The position numbers and the translations under genes were made by a program. 64,000 bases of DNA from Squalus acanthias (lineage: Eukaryota). Under the pieces are notes generated by a model. It did not search any database and was not told where the DNA came from. It was given only the letters and a program-made list of their open reading frames with translations. Each line of letters starts with the position of its first letter. The first letter of the stretch is position 1. This document shows, piece after piece, positions 13,201 through 25,249 of this stretch. Location of the stretch: positions 158,970,001 through 159,034,000 of the forward strand of contig CM059431.1 of assembly GCA_030390025.1 (NCBI GenBank). The letters run 5' to 3'.

Positions 13201-15197
13201 GCTACCGCATTGCGTACGGCTAGGATTCTGATCAGGGAAGTTGTCTCATGATGGGGACTACCGCAGTATGTGGAGACCGACCATGGGAGGCATTTTACCG
13301 GGCAGGTCATGCAGAAGACCCTCAGGGTACTCGGCATCGAAGGGAAATGGCACATCGCCCACAACCCGCAGTGATCGGGTCCTGTGGAGCGGTTAAACCA
13401 TACCATTAAGGAAAGGCTACTGAAGGAAATGGGAGACTCGCCCAAGAAGAGGGTAGAGAGACCTGGGTGTTCTTGTACACCAGTCACTGAAGGCGAGCAT
13501 GCAGGTGCAACAGGCGGTCAAGAAGGCAAACGGTATGCTGGCCTTCATAGCAAAAGGGTTGGAATACAGGAACAGGGATACCTTGCTGCAGCTGTACAGG
13601 GCACTGGTGAGACCACACCTCGAGTACTGTGTACAGTTTTGGTCGCCTCATCTGAGGAAAGATGTTCTTGCCATGGAGGGGGTGCAGCGGCGATTCACCA
13701 GGCTGATACCAGGAATGGCGGGATTAACCTATGAGGAGAGACTATGTAGTTTAGGGATGTACACACTGGAGTTTAGAAGATTGAGAGGGGACCTCATAGA
13801 AGTGTATAAAATTCTGACAGGTCTAGACAGACTGGATGCAGAAGGAATGTTTCCCTTGGCGGGTGAGAACAGAACTAGAGGACATAATTTAAGGATAAGG
13901 GCTAAACCATTTAGGACAGAAATGAGGGGGAATTTCTTCACTCAGAGGGTGGTGAGCCTGTGGATCTCATTGCCAGAGAGGGCAGTGTACGCCAGCTCAT
14001 TAATTATATTTAAGAGGGAATTAGATATATTTCTACAGGCAAAAGGGGTTAAGGGTTACGGAGAGAAGGCGGGGACGGGATACTGAATTGGAGGATCAGC
14101 CATGATCTCATTAAATGGCAGAGCAGGCTCGAAGGGCCGGATGGCCTACTCCTGCTCCTATCTTCTATGTAAAAGTCTTACCGTTGGTCCTAATGGGGAT
14201 CCGAGCTAGCCAGTCAAAAAGTACGGGGTATTCCCCACAACAGCTAATGACTGGCAGGATTATGCGGACCCCCACCCACCCATGTGCTAGCCCCGGTGCT
14301 CCGGGAGGGTCAGCTCAGTGAGGTGAACCGGTATAGCTTCGTCAGGAATCTGTTTGAAAACCTTAAACAGGTTCACTGGCAGGCTGCTAGCAACATGGGA
14401 AAACAGCATCGGAGTAACCGACTGCTGCTAGAACCCCGCAAGCACCACGAGTGGGAGATAGGGGATCAGGTCATGGTTAGGAATTTTGCCCGGGTAGGGA
14501 GTTTCGAACCACTGTACATGGGGCTGTACAGCTTTGTCGACAAGTCAGGCCTCATGGTCTACGCCATAACGATGCCCCGCCAGACAAAGTGATTCCACAT
14601 GAAACAGTGTAAGCTGCTTAAACCCAAAGGGGAACAGCCAGCAAAGGCGATACGCCCTAAATGTAGAGATCCTCAGCAAGCAGCTGTGGCAGACTCACAG
14701 AACACACCGCTAGGGGCAGTGTGCTGTAGCACAGGAGGGGCCACCCCACCAACTATGTGGGACTCGGACGCACCCTCGGTACCGGGAGCCCTAAGAAGGT
14801 CTCCTCGCACACCACAGCCAGAACTATCGTGGACACCAGAGCTTCAATGGTTCAGCCCAGCAAGGGCTGCGACCCGAAAGAGAATAGCCAAATTCAGGGG
14901 TCATTCCAAGAAAAGGGTTCCCCAGGCAGCGGCCACAGGCTGCGAGGAACCCACAGCACAGGACAGTGCCTTGCAGCCATACCAAATGGGGCGGTGTGCT
15001 GTAGCACAGGAGGGGACACTCCCCGGATTATCAGGGATTCAGGGAAACCCTCAGTTGTTTTAAGAAGGACTCTCAAGGTGCTGCAGTACAGGCCACCTTA
15101 CGCCCAGGCGTACAGGCTGCTCAGAAGCTGCAAGACAGAGGCCATACAGGATTTAGCCTCGCCGTCCAGAGACGGGCGGCGTATGTACAGAGTTTAA
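10250..15197 (+). pseudogene. pol: ERV-A pro-pol: protease, RT, tether (dead RNase H), RNase H, integrase and C-terminal extension; interrupted by CR1 at 13455-14170
   Basis: LLDTG protease; SPLWPVRKP, QYTWNCLPQGF, QYVDDLL; FFLEVAASGDSLSAVLLQ; SAQQAEL..CSDS; AHEGPGAGHPG..C..C zinc finger; TDHGRHF..VERLN. Confidence 0.92.
13455..14170 (+). mobile_element. 5'-truncated CR1 family a inside ERV-A integrase
   Basis: Near-identical to 8043-8755; integrase resumes at KVLPLV. Confidence 0.95.
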
Positions 15198-15360
15198 ACT
15201 GTATTTTAGGTGTGTTTTACAATTTTGGTAGTTTTAGTTTTAGTGAGTTTATTTTACCAAAGTAAGTTTAAATTTTCGAGACTCGATCACCTGTCAAGCC
15301 AAAGAACCTTCTCGGGACACGGCTATCTGTTTTGTGTGTCCCTACAGAGAGGAAATCGGC

Positions 15361-17707
15361 ATGACAAGGGTTCTGCTCCTGATCGCCCTGGTAGGGGTGA
15401 GCATCAGCGACGAAGGTGACGTTTAGGACTCCCACATTTATGGGTGCTTGGGAGAGAGAGCGCCGATCGTTACCGCTGGGGGTGGCAAACCGGGTGTGGA
15501 GGAGCTCGCTATTTACTTCCATGAGGGAAGCTGGCCAGGGTTGCTGGGGTTTAACTCTACAGAATACTCCAGCCAGACCGGGTTCACATACGGGGAGGCC
15601 TCCATCCCGTACCCCAGGGTACAGGTCGTTGCTACAAGGGTCAATGTCACTGAGGGGAAACATGTGTGTCTCACCTGCAAGGGTCGGATTCCCCTGGATA
15701 GGTGGTGGTGGCTCAGGAAGCTGAGCAGCGACATAGGGGACCGTACAGCTGGCTGGGAACGACTGGGGAACGACAGCTACCGGCCGATCACAGGGACCCA
15801 AGGGGGTGTGAGTGTTTGTTGGGACAAGTGGTGGGAGTCAGAACAGGGAATCTATGTCTGTATGTGGGTATCAGAGAGAGACTGCCCCACAGGCATATCC
15901 ATCATCTTCTCCAGACAATGGCAAGATGCCGGGTAGGGGATGGGGGTGGGACTCTAGCCTACATGGGAGCACGCTCCCACACTCCCCGATCCCAGTCAAC
16001 GCCACCGAACTAGTAGCACGCCCACGAAAGCCCCTGCCCACTCCCACGACATCACGGACAGTGATGGAGAGGTGTACTACAACCAACAAGGGACCAGAGA
16101 ATGGGCTAGTGCAAGTGCCGACCGAAAATGTACTCTGCCAGGGGGTACAATATGCAATAGCTTCAGTTATCGTAAACCTTACCGAGGTAGACTTACCTGA
16201 GTGGTGTCCTAACGAGACAGAAGAGCTATACCAGGCCCTGCTGAAAGAGTTGTTTAGGAAATTCTACGAATTCGACCTTGCCAACATAGACAAAGCAGAG
16301 CTGTACAATCTGCACGCAGAGCACACTATGGGCGCAGGGAGACAGAGAAGGGGGACCTGAAACGATATTTTCACAACCTGCAATACAGGATCCTCTGTAA
16401 TAAATAGCCTGGACGATATAGAACTGCAAACACAGAAAAATGGTCTAAAAACACAACTGAGAAAGATCCTAACGGAAGAAAACACAGTTGTATGCTCAGA
16501 GCTACACGATGACCAAGCTATGACGGTCCATTTAAAGGAGATTATTTCTGAGCTAGAGAGACACGCAAAAACAGTAAACGCACTCATACGGGAGGATAGG
16601 ACTGCTTCGGATCAGGCTCCACAGAATGAGGTGTGTGTGCTATACGGGGCATGGTTGCTGGGCGAGGGCCGCAGCAATCTGGAGGATTTAAAACAAAGTT
16701 TAGTCCCCTCCTGGATTAGCAACAAACACCTCACAGCCCTCCTCCCGTTAAGCAATTCGCTGAGCCCATGTCAACTCCGCCTAGCCTCTGAAGCCTGCCC
16801 CGTCCCTGTAGATTGTGGACGTTCCTATCAGTCTATCATTTGGATAGTGGTGAGGATGCCGGTCATGGGTGGGACAGCCCGTCCCAAAGCGGTATAAAGG
16901 GTGGAGAACATTAGGGTCATTCAAGGGGGTGCACACGTCCGTTTCGCAGCGGTCCCACCTTATGTCATAAAGTGGGAGCACGCTATGACGGGTACTGACC
17001 TCTCCAGGTGCCGGAGCCGGGATGCACACATAATACTGTGTCCCCAGCACTTGAATGTCTATTCTAGACCACAGTGCGGGTTTAAAGCTGCTGGCGCACA
17101 ACCTATCAACTGTAGCATGGATGTAATGGCACAAGGCCATGTTCCCCCACAGGTAGAATTCATAGGGGGAGGGACATTTCGTGTCACCAAAAGTGCGCCC
17201 CACTACCACCATGGACAGCACATCTGGTGTCCGGTAAGTGACAGTAGTTTCTGCTTTAAACCCGAGGCAGAAGTTCAAGTGGCCCAGAAACGGATTGTTC
17301 CCATTCCTGAACCCTCAACTGTTCACATCACTGTCAGGGAAAACATTACTAACCTGCAAAACTATGTCACATTCTTCGGCTATAAGATTGCTCCTCTACC
17401 CGAACATTTTACCGCCCGACTCAAAGCAGTACAAGTATCGCAAAAACATTTCTACACTCTGGAACAAAAGACAGTCGAGATAGGGGCCGAGATTTCAGGC
17501 ATCATAATTCCACCCTGGTGGGATATTTTCGAAAATATAGAGGTCCCATTCTGGATCAGAATGGCTTCCCATATTTTAGTGGTCAGCCAGCTTGGCACAC
17601 TTCTCTACTTACTGTGCACAAAATGCAAGGGAAAGGACAGAGTGTTCCGATCCCGACATGAGAAAGCATGGGACCAGCATTACAATAAAGCCTATGGCCA
17701 GGTTTAG
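15361..17707 (+). pseudogene. env: ERV-A env: signal peptide, Ig-like domain, furin site, F-like fusion subunit, TM and cytoplasmic tail
   Basis: MTRVLLLIALVGVSIS; VNVTEGKHVCLTC..WWW..EQGIYVC; RQRR/G near 16350; heptads; PPWWD then ILVVSQLGTLLYLLC; splice-acceptor-like pyrimidine tract + cag at 15345-15347. Confidence 0.85.
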
Positions 17708-17988
17708 GGCGAGCCTGAATTGTTTTATTAAAATGAATAAAGTTTTTGTGAACGTTTATTATTATTTTTGCTATGTATGTAATACTTTCCAACTGGTGCA
17801 GGGGTGTGGGACCCCCTCCATGCTTGGATGTGAATGTAACTGGATTCTTACCTGTGCCTGCATCTGAGCACTACATCAACAGGGAAATGTGTGTTTTGGG
17901 TCTTAGATAGGTAAACTGCAGGGGAAGGTTGGTTCTCGAGGATCAGGAATTTTGCTCACCCGGTATGATACTCTAGCTGGTAAAGTAT

Positions 17989-18000
17989 CACAGCGGGAAC
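17989..18000 (+). promoter_or_regulatory. ERV-A polypurine tract (decayed)
   Basis: cacagcgggaac directly before the 3' LTR; resembles ERV-B aacaggagggac. Confidence 0.6.
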
Positions 18001-18665
18001 AGTAATATTCTCAAAATTCAGAGATTCCCCAAAACACGAAGACAAACCCTAAGGAAAAAGACTTTGGACTCCTTTCTAGCTATTACAGGGTGGTGAAGTT
18101 CATTGTGCCTAACCGGAGGACCTGTTGAGCAAAAAACAAGATTTGGTACTTTTCAAACATGTCTGGGCTTGTAAGGGAGAAAAAGCTGTGAAGGAACGTG
18201 GGTTCAACCTCTGTAAAAACAGTTTGGGTATTGGAGCTAATCGGAACTGTCTGGGGAACCGCATGATCTCGTTGGGAGTTTAAATCGGCCCCTATCAGAC
18301 ATTAGCATCCTAAAAATAAGCCCGAGGAAAACCAGTCTCCACCCCAAAGTTACAGAGCTCATTAAGACATGCATAAAACAGATTACTTCGGCATACCCTA
18401 TACAAATCATAGGCCCAGCCAAGAAAACCCATAACATAGGAACAATCAAACTCCGATTAAGTGGCACATCAACGGGATGGGGCCATCCTGGAACCACTTC
18501 ACACCTTAACAAACCAGTGACAGTTGACGAGCCCGCCAAAACTAACAAAGACCGAGACCTGATTTGGCGCGCAGATAAGGAACCTTCAATGCGTATTATT
18601 GAAGGCCCGTTCTCAACCTGAAAAAGAAGAAGAGGACGGAAGAACAAGAAGACATCGACGGAGGC

Positions 18666-21600
18666 GGCGGACCTGGGTGGAGCGACAGCGGCGAGGCGGC
18701 GGCAATAAAAGGCGGCAGCGACCAGGTAGGGCCACAGAGGCGGCGGACCTCGGTGGAGCCCCGAGAGCGGGAGAGAGAGAAGTAAAAAATAATCAAAGTG
18801 TGACGTCACCAGAAAGCAGGTAAGTGATTGGTTGGCGATTATTTCTCTTTTTCCCCTTTTTCCAAACTTAAATTTTGTTGTTTATAGTTTCTAGGGTCTC
18901 TGTGGTATTTGGGGGACAGTTGGTAAACGTGGGCCCTATATCATTTAATTATAGTATAATTGTTGAAATTGATTTGATTTAATCATGGCACCGTCGAATG
19001 CTCGGTGCCATGGTATGCTTCTCCTGCGCTATGTGGGAAATCGTTGACACTTCCTGTATCCCTGACGACCATGTGTGCAGGAAGTTTATCCAGCTGCAGC
19101 TACTGGCAGATCGCATTGTGGCGCTGGAGCTGCGAATGGATACATACTGGAGCATTCGCGATGCTGTGGACCAAGTGGATAGCACGTTTATCCATTTGGT
19201 CACACCGCAGCTAAAGTTTGCACAGGCAGAAAGGGAATGGGTGACCACCAGGCAGAGTAGTAGGCGCAGGCAGGTAGTGCAGGAGTCCCCTGTGGACATC
19301 CTCCTCTCAAACAGATATACCGCTTTGGATACTGTTGAGGGGGATGGCTTATCAGGGGAAGGCAGCAGCAGCCAACTTCCTGGCACCAGTGTGGTTCTGC
19401 TGCACAGGACGGGAGGAAAAAGAGTGGGAGAGCTATAGTGATAGTAGATTCCATTGTAAGGTGAATAGATAGGCGTTACTGCGGCCGCAAACGAGACTCC
19501 AGGATGGTGTGTTGCCTCCCTGGTGCAAGGGTCAAGGATGTCTCAGAGCGGCTGCAGAACATTTTGGAAGGGGAGGGTGAACAGCCAGTTGTCGGGGTGC
19601 ATATAGGTACCAACGATATAGGTAAAAAACGGGATGATGTCCTAAAAGCTGAATATAGGGAGTTAGGAGGTAAATTAAAAAATAGGACCTCAAAGGTAGT
19701 AATCTCAGGATTGCTACCAGTGCCACGTGCTAGTCAGCGTAGAAATAGAAGGATATTTCAGATGAATACGTGGCTAGAGTAATGGTTTAAGGGGGAGGGA
19801 TTCAAATTCCTGGGACAATGGAACCGGTTCTGAGGGAGGTGGGACCACTACAAATCGGACAGTTTGCACTTGGCCAGGACCGGGACTGATGTCCTTGGGG
19901 GAGTGTTTGCTAGTGCTCTGGGGGAGGGTTTAAAGTAAAATGGCAGGGGGTTGGGAACCTGAGCAGGGAGACACAGGAAAGGGAAACAAGGATGGAAGCA
20001 GAAGTCAGGAAGGAAAAATTCAAAGATGTCAGTCAGAGAAATCAAGGGTTTAAATCAAACGTGGCCACAGTAAATAATAATTCTAAAAGGTCTAAGAGCG
20101 TAAAACAAACAAGCCTGAAGGCTTTGTGTCTTAATGGGAGGAGCATTCATAATAAGGTGGATGAACTAGCTGCGCAAATAGAGGTAAATGAATATGATAT
20201 GATTGGGATTACGGAAACATGGCTCCAGGGTGACCAAGGCTGGGAACTCAACATACAGGGGTATTCAATATTCAGAAAATATAGGCAAAAAAGAAAAGGA
20301 GTTCGGGTAGCATTGCTGGTTAAAGAGGGAATTAACACAATTGTAAGTAAGTATATCAGCTCTTATGATGTAGAATCTGTATGGGTAGAACTGAGAAATA
20401 CCAAGGGGCAGCAAACGCTAGTGGGAGTGGTGTAGAGACCCCCAAACACTAATACGGAGGTTGGGGATGGCATTACAAGGGAAATTAGAGAAGCGTGCAA
20501 TAAGAGCACAGCAGTTATCATGGGCTACTTTAATCTACATAAAGGTTGGGCTAACCAAATTAGTAACAATACTGTGGAAGAGGAATTCCTGAAGTGCATA
20601 CGGGATGGTTTCCTGGACCAATATGTCGAGGAACCTACTAGAGATCAGGCCATCTGAAACTGGGTATTATGTAATGAGAAAGGATTAATTAGCAATCTTG
20701 TTATGCGAGGCCCCTTCAGTCAGAGCGATCATAATATGATAGAATTCTTCATTAAGGTGGGGAGTGAATTAGTTGACTCAGAGACTAGGGTCCAGAATTT
20801 AAACAAAGGGAACTACGATGGTATGAGGCGCGAGTTGGGTAGGATTGATTGGGGAATGTCACTCAAAGGGTTGACGGTGGATAGGCAATGGGAAACATTC
20901 AAAGATCGCATGAGTGAACTACAGAATTTGTTTATCGCAGTTCGGCATAAAAATAAAGCAAAAAAGGTGACTCAACAGTGGTTAACAAAGGAAATCAGGG
21001 AGAGCATAAGATCCAAGGAGAGGACATATAAATTCGCCAGAAAAAGCAGCAAACCTGAGGATTGGGAGCTTTATCGGATTCAGCAAAGAAGGATTAAAGG
21101 GATTAATTAAGAGGGGGGAAAATAGAGTATGAGAGTAAGATTGTGAGGAACATAAAAACTGACTGTAAAAGTTGGAATAAACGGCTCATTTTCTGAATGG
21201 CAGGCAGTAACAAGTGGGGTACCACAGGGATCTGTCCTGGGTCCCCAGCTGTTCACAATTTATATTAATGACCTGGATCAGGGAGTCGAATGCAGCATTT
21301 CCAAATTTGCAGACGACACTAAACTAGGAGGGGGGGTGGGCTCAGAGGAGGAGACCAGGAAGCTCCAGAGCGATTTGGACAGACTGGGTGATTGGGCGGA
21401 TAAATGGCAGATGCACTATAATGTGGACAAGTGCGAAGTTATCCACCTTGGGTGCAGGAACGGGAGGGCAAATTATTATTTAAATGGCAATAAATTGGGA
21501 GAGGGGGAAGTACAGAGAGACCTGGGTGTTCTTGTACACCAGTCACTGAAGGCGAGCATGCAGGTGCAACAGGCGGTCAAGAAGGCAAACGGTATGCTGG

Positions 21601-24083
21601 CCTTCATAGCAAAAGGGTTGGAATACAGGAACAGGGATACCTTGCTGCAGCTGTACAGGGCACTGGTGAGACCACACCTCGAGTACTGTGTACAGTTTTG
21701 GTCGCCTCATCTGAGGAAAGATGTTCTTGCCATGGAGGGGGTGCAGCGGCGATTCACCAGGCTGATACCAGGAATGGCGGGATTGACCTATGAGGAGAGA
21801 CTATGTAGTTTAGGGATGTACACACTGGAGTTTAGAAGATTGAGAGGGGACCTCATAGAAGTGTATAAAATTCTGACAGGTCTAGACAGATTAGATGCAG
21901 AAGGAATGTTTCCCTTGGCGGGTGAGAACAGAACTAGAGGACATAATTTAAGGATAAGGGCTAAACCATTTAGGACAGAAATGAGGGGGAATTTCTTCAC
22001 TCAGAGAGTGGTGAACCTGTGGAACTCATTGCCACAGAGGGCAGTGTACGCCAGCTCATTAAATATATTTAAGAGGGAATTAGATATATTTCTACAGGCA
22101 AAAGGGGTTAAGGGTTACGGAGAGAAGGCGGGGACGGGATACTGAATTGAAGGATCAGCCATGATCTCATTAAATGGCGGAGCAGGCTCGAAGGGCCGGA
22201 TGGCCTACTCCTGCTCCTATCTTCTATGTAAAAGCTTTTATAGATATGTGAAGAGAAAAAGATTGGTGAATTCAAGCGTAGGTCCATTGCAGTCAGAATC
22301 AGGGGAAATAATAATGGGGAACAAAGAAATGGCACATCAATTAAATACATACTTTGATTCTTTCTTCACAAAGGAGAACACAAATAACCTCCCAGAGATG
22401 TCGGGGAGCATAGGGTCAAATGTAAAGGAGGAAGTGAAATAAATCAGTATTTGTAGGGAAATAGTGTTAGGGAAATTGACGGGATTGAAGGCCGATATAT
22501 CCTCAGGACCTGATAATCTACATCCGAGGGTACTTACGGAAGTGGCCCTATAAATAGTAGATGCATTGCGGGTCATCTTCCAAAATTCTATAGACTCTGG
22601 AACAGGACCCATGGATTGGAGGGTAGCTAATTTTAACCCACTATTCAAAAAAGGTGGTAGAGAGAAAACGGTGAATTATAGACCGGTAAGCCTGACATAG
22701 GTAGTGGGTAAAATGCTAGAGTCCATTATAAAAGATGTAATAGCAGAGCACCTGGAAAACAGTGACAGGATCGGACAAACTCAACATGGATTTACAAACG
22801 TAAATCGTGCTTGTCTAATCTATTGGAATTTTTTGAGGATGTAACTGGTAAAATAGATAAGGGAGAACCAGTAGAAGAGGTGTATTTGGACTTTCAGAAG
22901 GCTTTCGATAAGGTCCCGCATAAGTGTAGCGTGCAAAGTTAAGGCACATGGGATTGGGGGCAAGGTATTGACTTGGATAGAGAACAAGTTGGCAGACAGA
23001 AAGCAAAGAGTTGGAATAAATGGGCTCTTTTTCCGAGTGGCAGGCAGTGACTAGTGGGGTACCGCAGGAATCGGTCCTAGGACCCCAGCTATTCACAATA
23101 TATATTAATGATCTAGACGAGGGAATTAGATGTATTATCTCCAAGTTTGCAGACGACACAAAGCTAAGTGGGAGTCTGTGCCATGAGGAGGATGCCGAGA
23201 AACTCCAATACTGTTTGGACAGTTTGGGTGATTGGGCAGAAGCATGGCAGATGCAATATAATGTGGATAAATGCGAGGTTATCCATGTTGGTGTCAAAAA
23301 CAGGAAGGCAGATTATTATCTGAATGGCAATAGATTGGGAGAAGGAGAAGTGCAACGAGACCTGGGTGTCCTTGTGCACCAGTCGCTAAAGGTAAGCATG
23401 CAGGTGCAGCAGGCGTTTAAGAAGGCAAATGGTATGTTGGCCTTCGTAGCGAAAGGGTTCGAGTACAGGAACAAGGAGGTCTTGCTGCAGTTGTTCAGGG
23501 CCTTGGTGAGACCACACCTTGAGTATTGTGTGCAGTTTTGGTCGCCTTATCTGAGGAAGGATGTTCTTGCAGTGGAAGGAGTGCAGCGAAGATTCACCAG
23601 GCTGATAATTGTGCTGGCAGGAATGACGAATGAGGAGAGCTTGGGTCGATTGTGCTTATACTCGCTGGAGTTTAGAAGAATAAAAGGGGATCTCATTGAA
23701 ACATATACAATTCTAACACGACTAGAAAGACTAGATGCAGGAAGGATGTTCCCGATGGCCGGGGAGTCAGAACCAGAGGTCACAGTCTAAGGATAAGGGG
23801 TAAGCCATTTAGGACTGAGATGAGGAGGAATTTCTTCACCCAGAGAGTGGTGAACCTCAGGAATTCTCTACCACAGAAGGCAATAGAGGCCAATTCATTA
23901 AATATATTCAGGAAGGAGTTAAATATATTTCTTAAAGCTAAAGGGATCAAGGGAAATGGAGAGAAGGCAGGGACAGGGTACAGAATTTGGATGATCAGCC
24001 AATATCTCATTGAATGGTGGAGCAGGCTCGAGGGGCTGAATGGCCTGTTCCTGCTCCTATCTTCTATGTTTCTATGTTTCTAT
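18666..24083 (+). mobile_element. Full-length but decayed CR1, family b, inserted in the ERV-A 3' LTR
   Basis: GC-rich 5' UTR, ORF1 (about 18985-19938), ORF2 remnants, (tttctatg)n tail; TSD gaggc at 18661-18665 / 24084-24088. Confidence 0.93.
21172..22230 (+). mobile_element. 5'-truncated CR1 family a nested in the family b CR1
   Basis: ORF 21336-22145 near-identical to 7860-8672; flanked by tgtaaaag at 21164-21171 / 22227-22234. Confidence 0.95.
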
Positions 24084-24911
24084 GAGGCATTCTCCGCAAC
24101 ACAGTTCTAAAAACATCACCGTTCAGCGTTTCCGTGTCCAGCCAGAAGTTCGACAGCTCGAAGGCCAGACCATGCAACAAAGTAGGCCGACACGTGAAGA
24201 AACCAGTATGATCGCCTCAGTGACCATCGGACACCTCGCGGCAACAAGGCCCTCACGAAAGAACCAACCAAACACCAAGTATCAATATTTGGGCCACCGC
24301 GGCCAAAGAAAACCAACTCGAAGAAAACCGAAGAACCGCAAAATTTCCATTCTACAATCTACTCCTGACTTATCCCTGGGTAAGATTTTCCCTTAAAAAA
24401 CTCTAAACCAACTTCTAAACCAAAGAAAAGTTTGTACTCACCTGATAAATCCAATACGCACCCTACCGCATCAGCGGACTCGCGAAGACTGACCAGATAC
24501 GCAGTTGAAGTCCTCTACCGTGTATGGGGTACCGCAAACACCAACCGACATATAGAGTGAACCCCAAAACCGCGAACTAACCTAACTATCAAGGATTCTG
24601 GTGGGTATCATCACTGGTCCTCTGTAGTCCAGCCTAGCTAGTAAAGTGTGATTGGGAGGGGTGTCGTACTCTTTTAATGTTATTTACCTCGCTTGTACCG
24701 AAGTGTTCCCCACTTTTAGTGTGTTAAGAGTGTTTGTGTTGTGTTTTACTCTCTTGAATAAAGATCAAAGTTCTTGCATCAAAAGCAGTTGTCTGCTGCA
24801 CTTTTTATCACAACCCCCAAATAAGTCCAAGGTGTAAAAGCAAGGGTGTGGGAGCGATTCGAACCGCTCAGAAGTCAGAGGTGAAGTTGACACAAACCAA
24901 AACACCCTACA

Positions 24912-25110
24912 CTCCTGTGTCAAAGTGTCCAGGTAACCTTCCCTGATACCCCGGAATTTCTGCACCTCAGACTCCAGCTCAATAACTCTTAACTGAAGTT
25001 CTTCAAGATGCAGGCACTTACTACAAACGTGGATGTCCGGGATCACAATGCTCTCCAGAAATTCGAACAAGCTGCAGTTGCGGCACACTACTTGCACTGC
25101 CATCCCCATC
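24912..25110 (-). mobile_element. N-terminal ORF1 part (Cys-rich finger + leucine zipper) of the same CR1, split by ERV-A
   Basis: ORF 24765-25127(-): VVCRNCSLFE..HVCSKCLHLEELQLRVIELE; joins 2614 to rebuild gtgactgcctcctgtgtcaaagtgtccagg. Confidence 0.85.
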
Positions 25111-25249
25111 ACACTCAGTATGCGCATTAAGTATGCACATTACCTGCACAGCTCATCCCATGTTATCTTCACCGAATGCTGTTACAGACTCGAGAAATGG
25201 TACCGACAATAATGAACCACTGGCTGGCTAATGTTTCTATTCAATATGC

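Larger units (their letters stand above)
2615..24911 (+). mobile_element. ERV-A: decayed full-length LTR-gag-pro-pol-env-LTR provirus, lokiretrovirus-like, with four nested CR1 insertions
   Basis: Paired LTRs, PBS remnant, PPT and all domains in order; apparent TSD ctc (2612-2614 / 24912-24914, possibly a 4-bp cctc with one base lost). Confidence 0.92.
18001..24911 (+). repeat. ERV-A 3' LTR in two pieces (18001-18665 and 24084-24911)
   Basis: Colinear with the 5' LTR, roughly 10-13% diverged by eye; AATAAA at 24757-24762; ends ccctaca. Confidence 0.9.

Noticed and set aside
2615..24911. Classification as a foamy virus (YVDD, long LTR, 4-bp TSD in B)
   Set aside because: The Gag CCHC knuckle, in-frame gag-pol, Arg PBS and short N-terminal Env signal peptide do not fit spumaviruses
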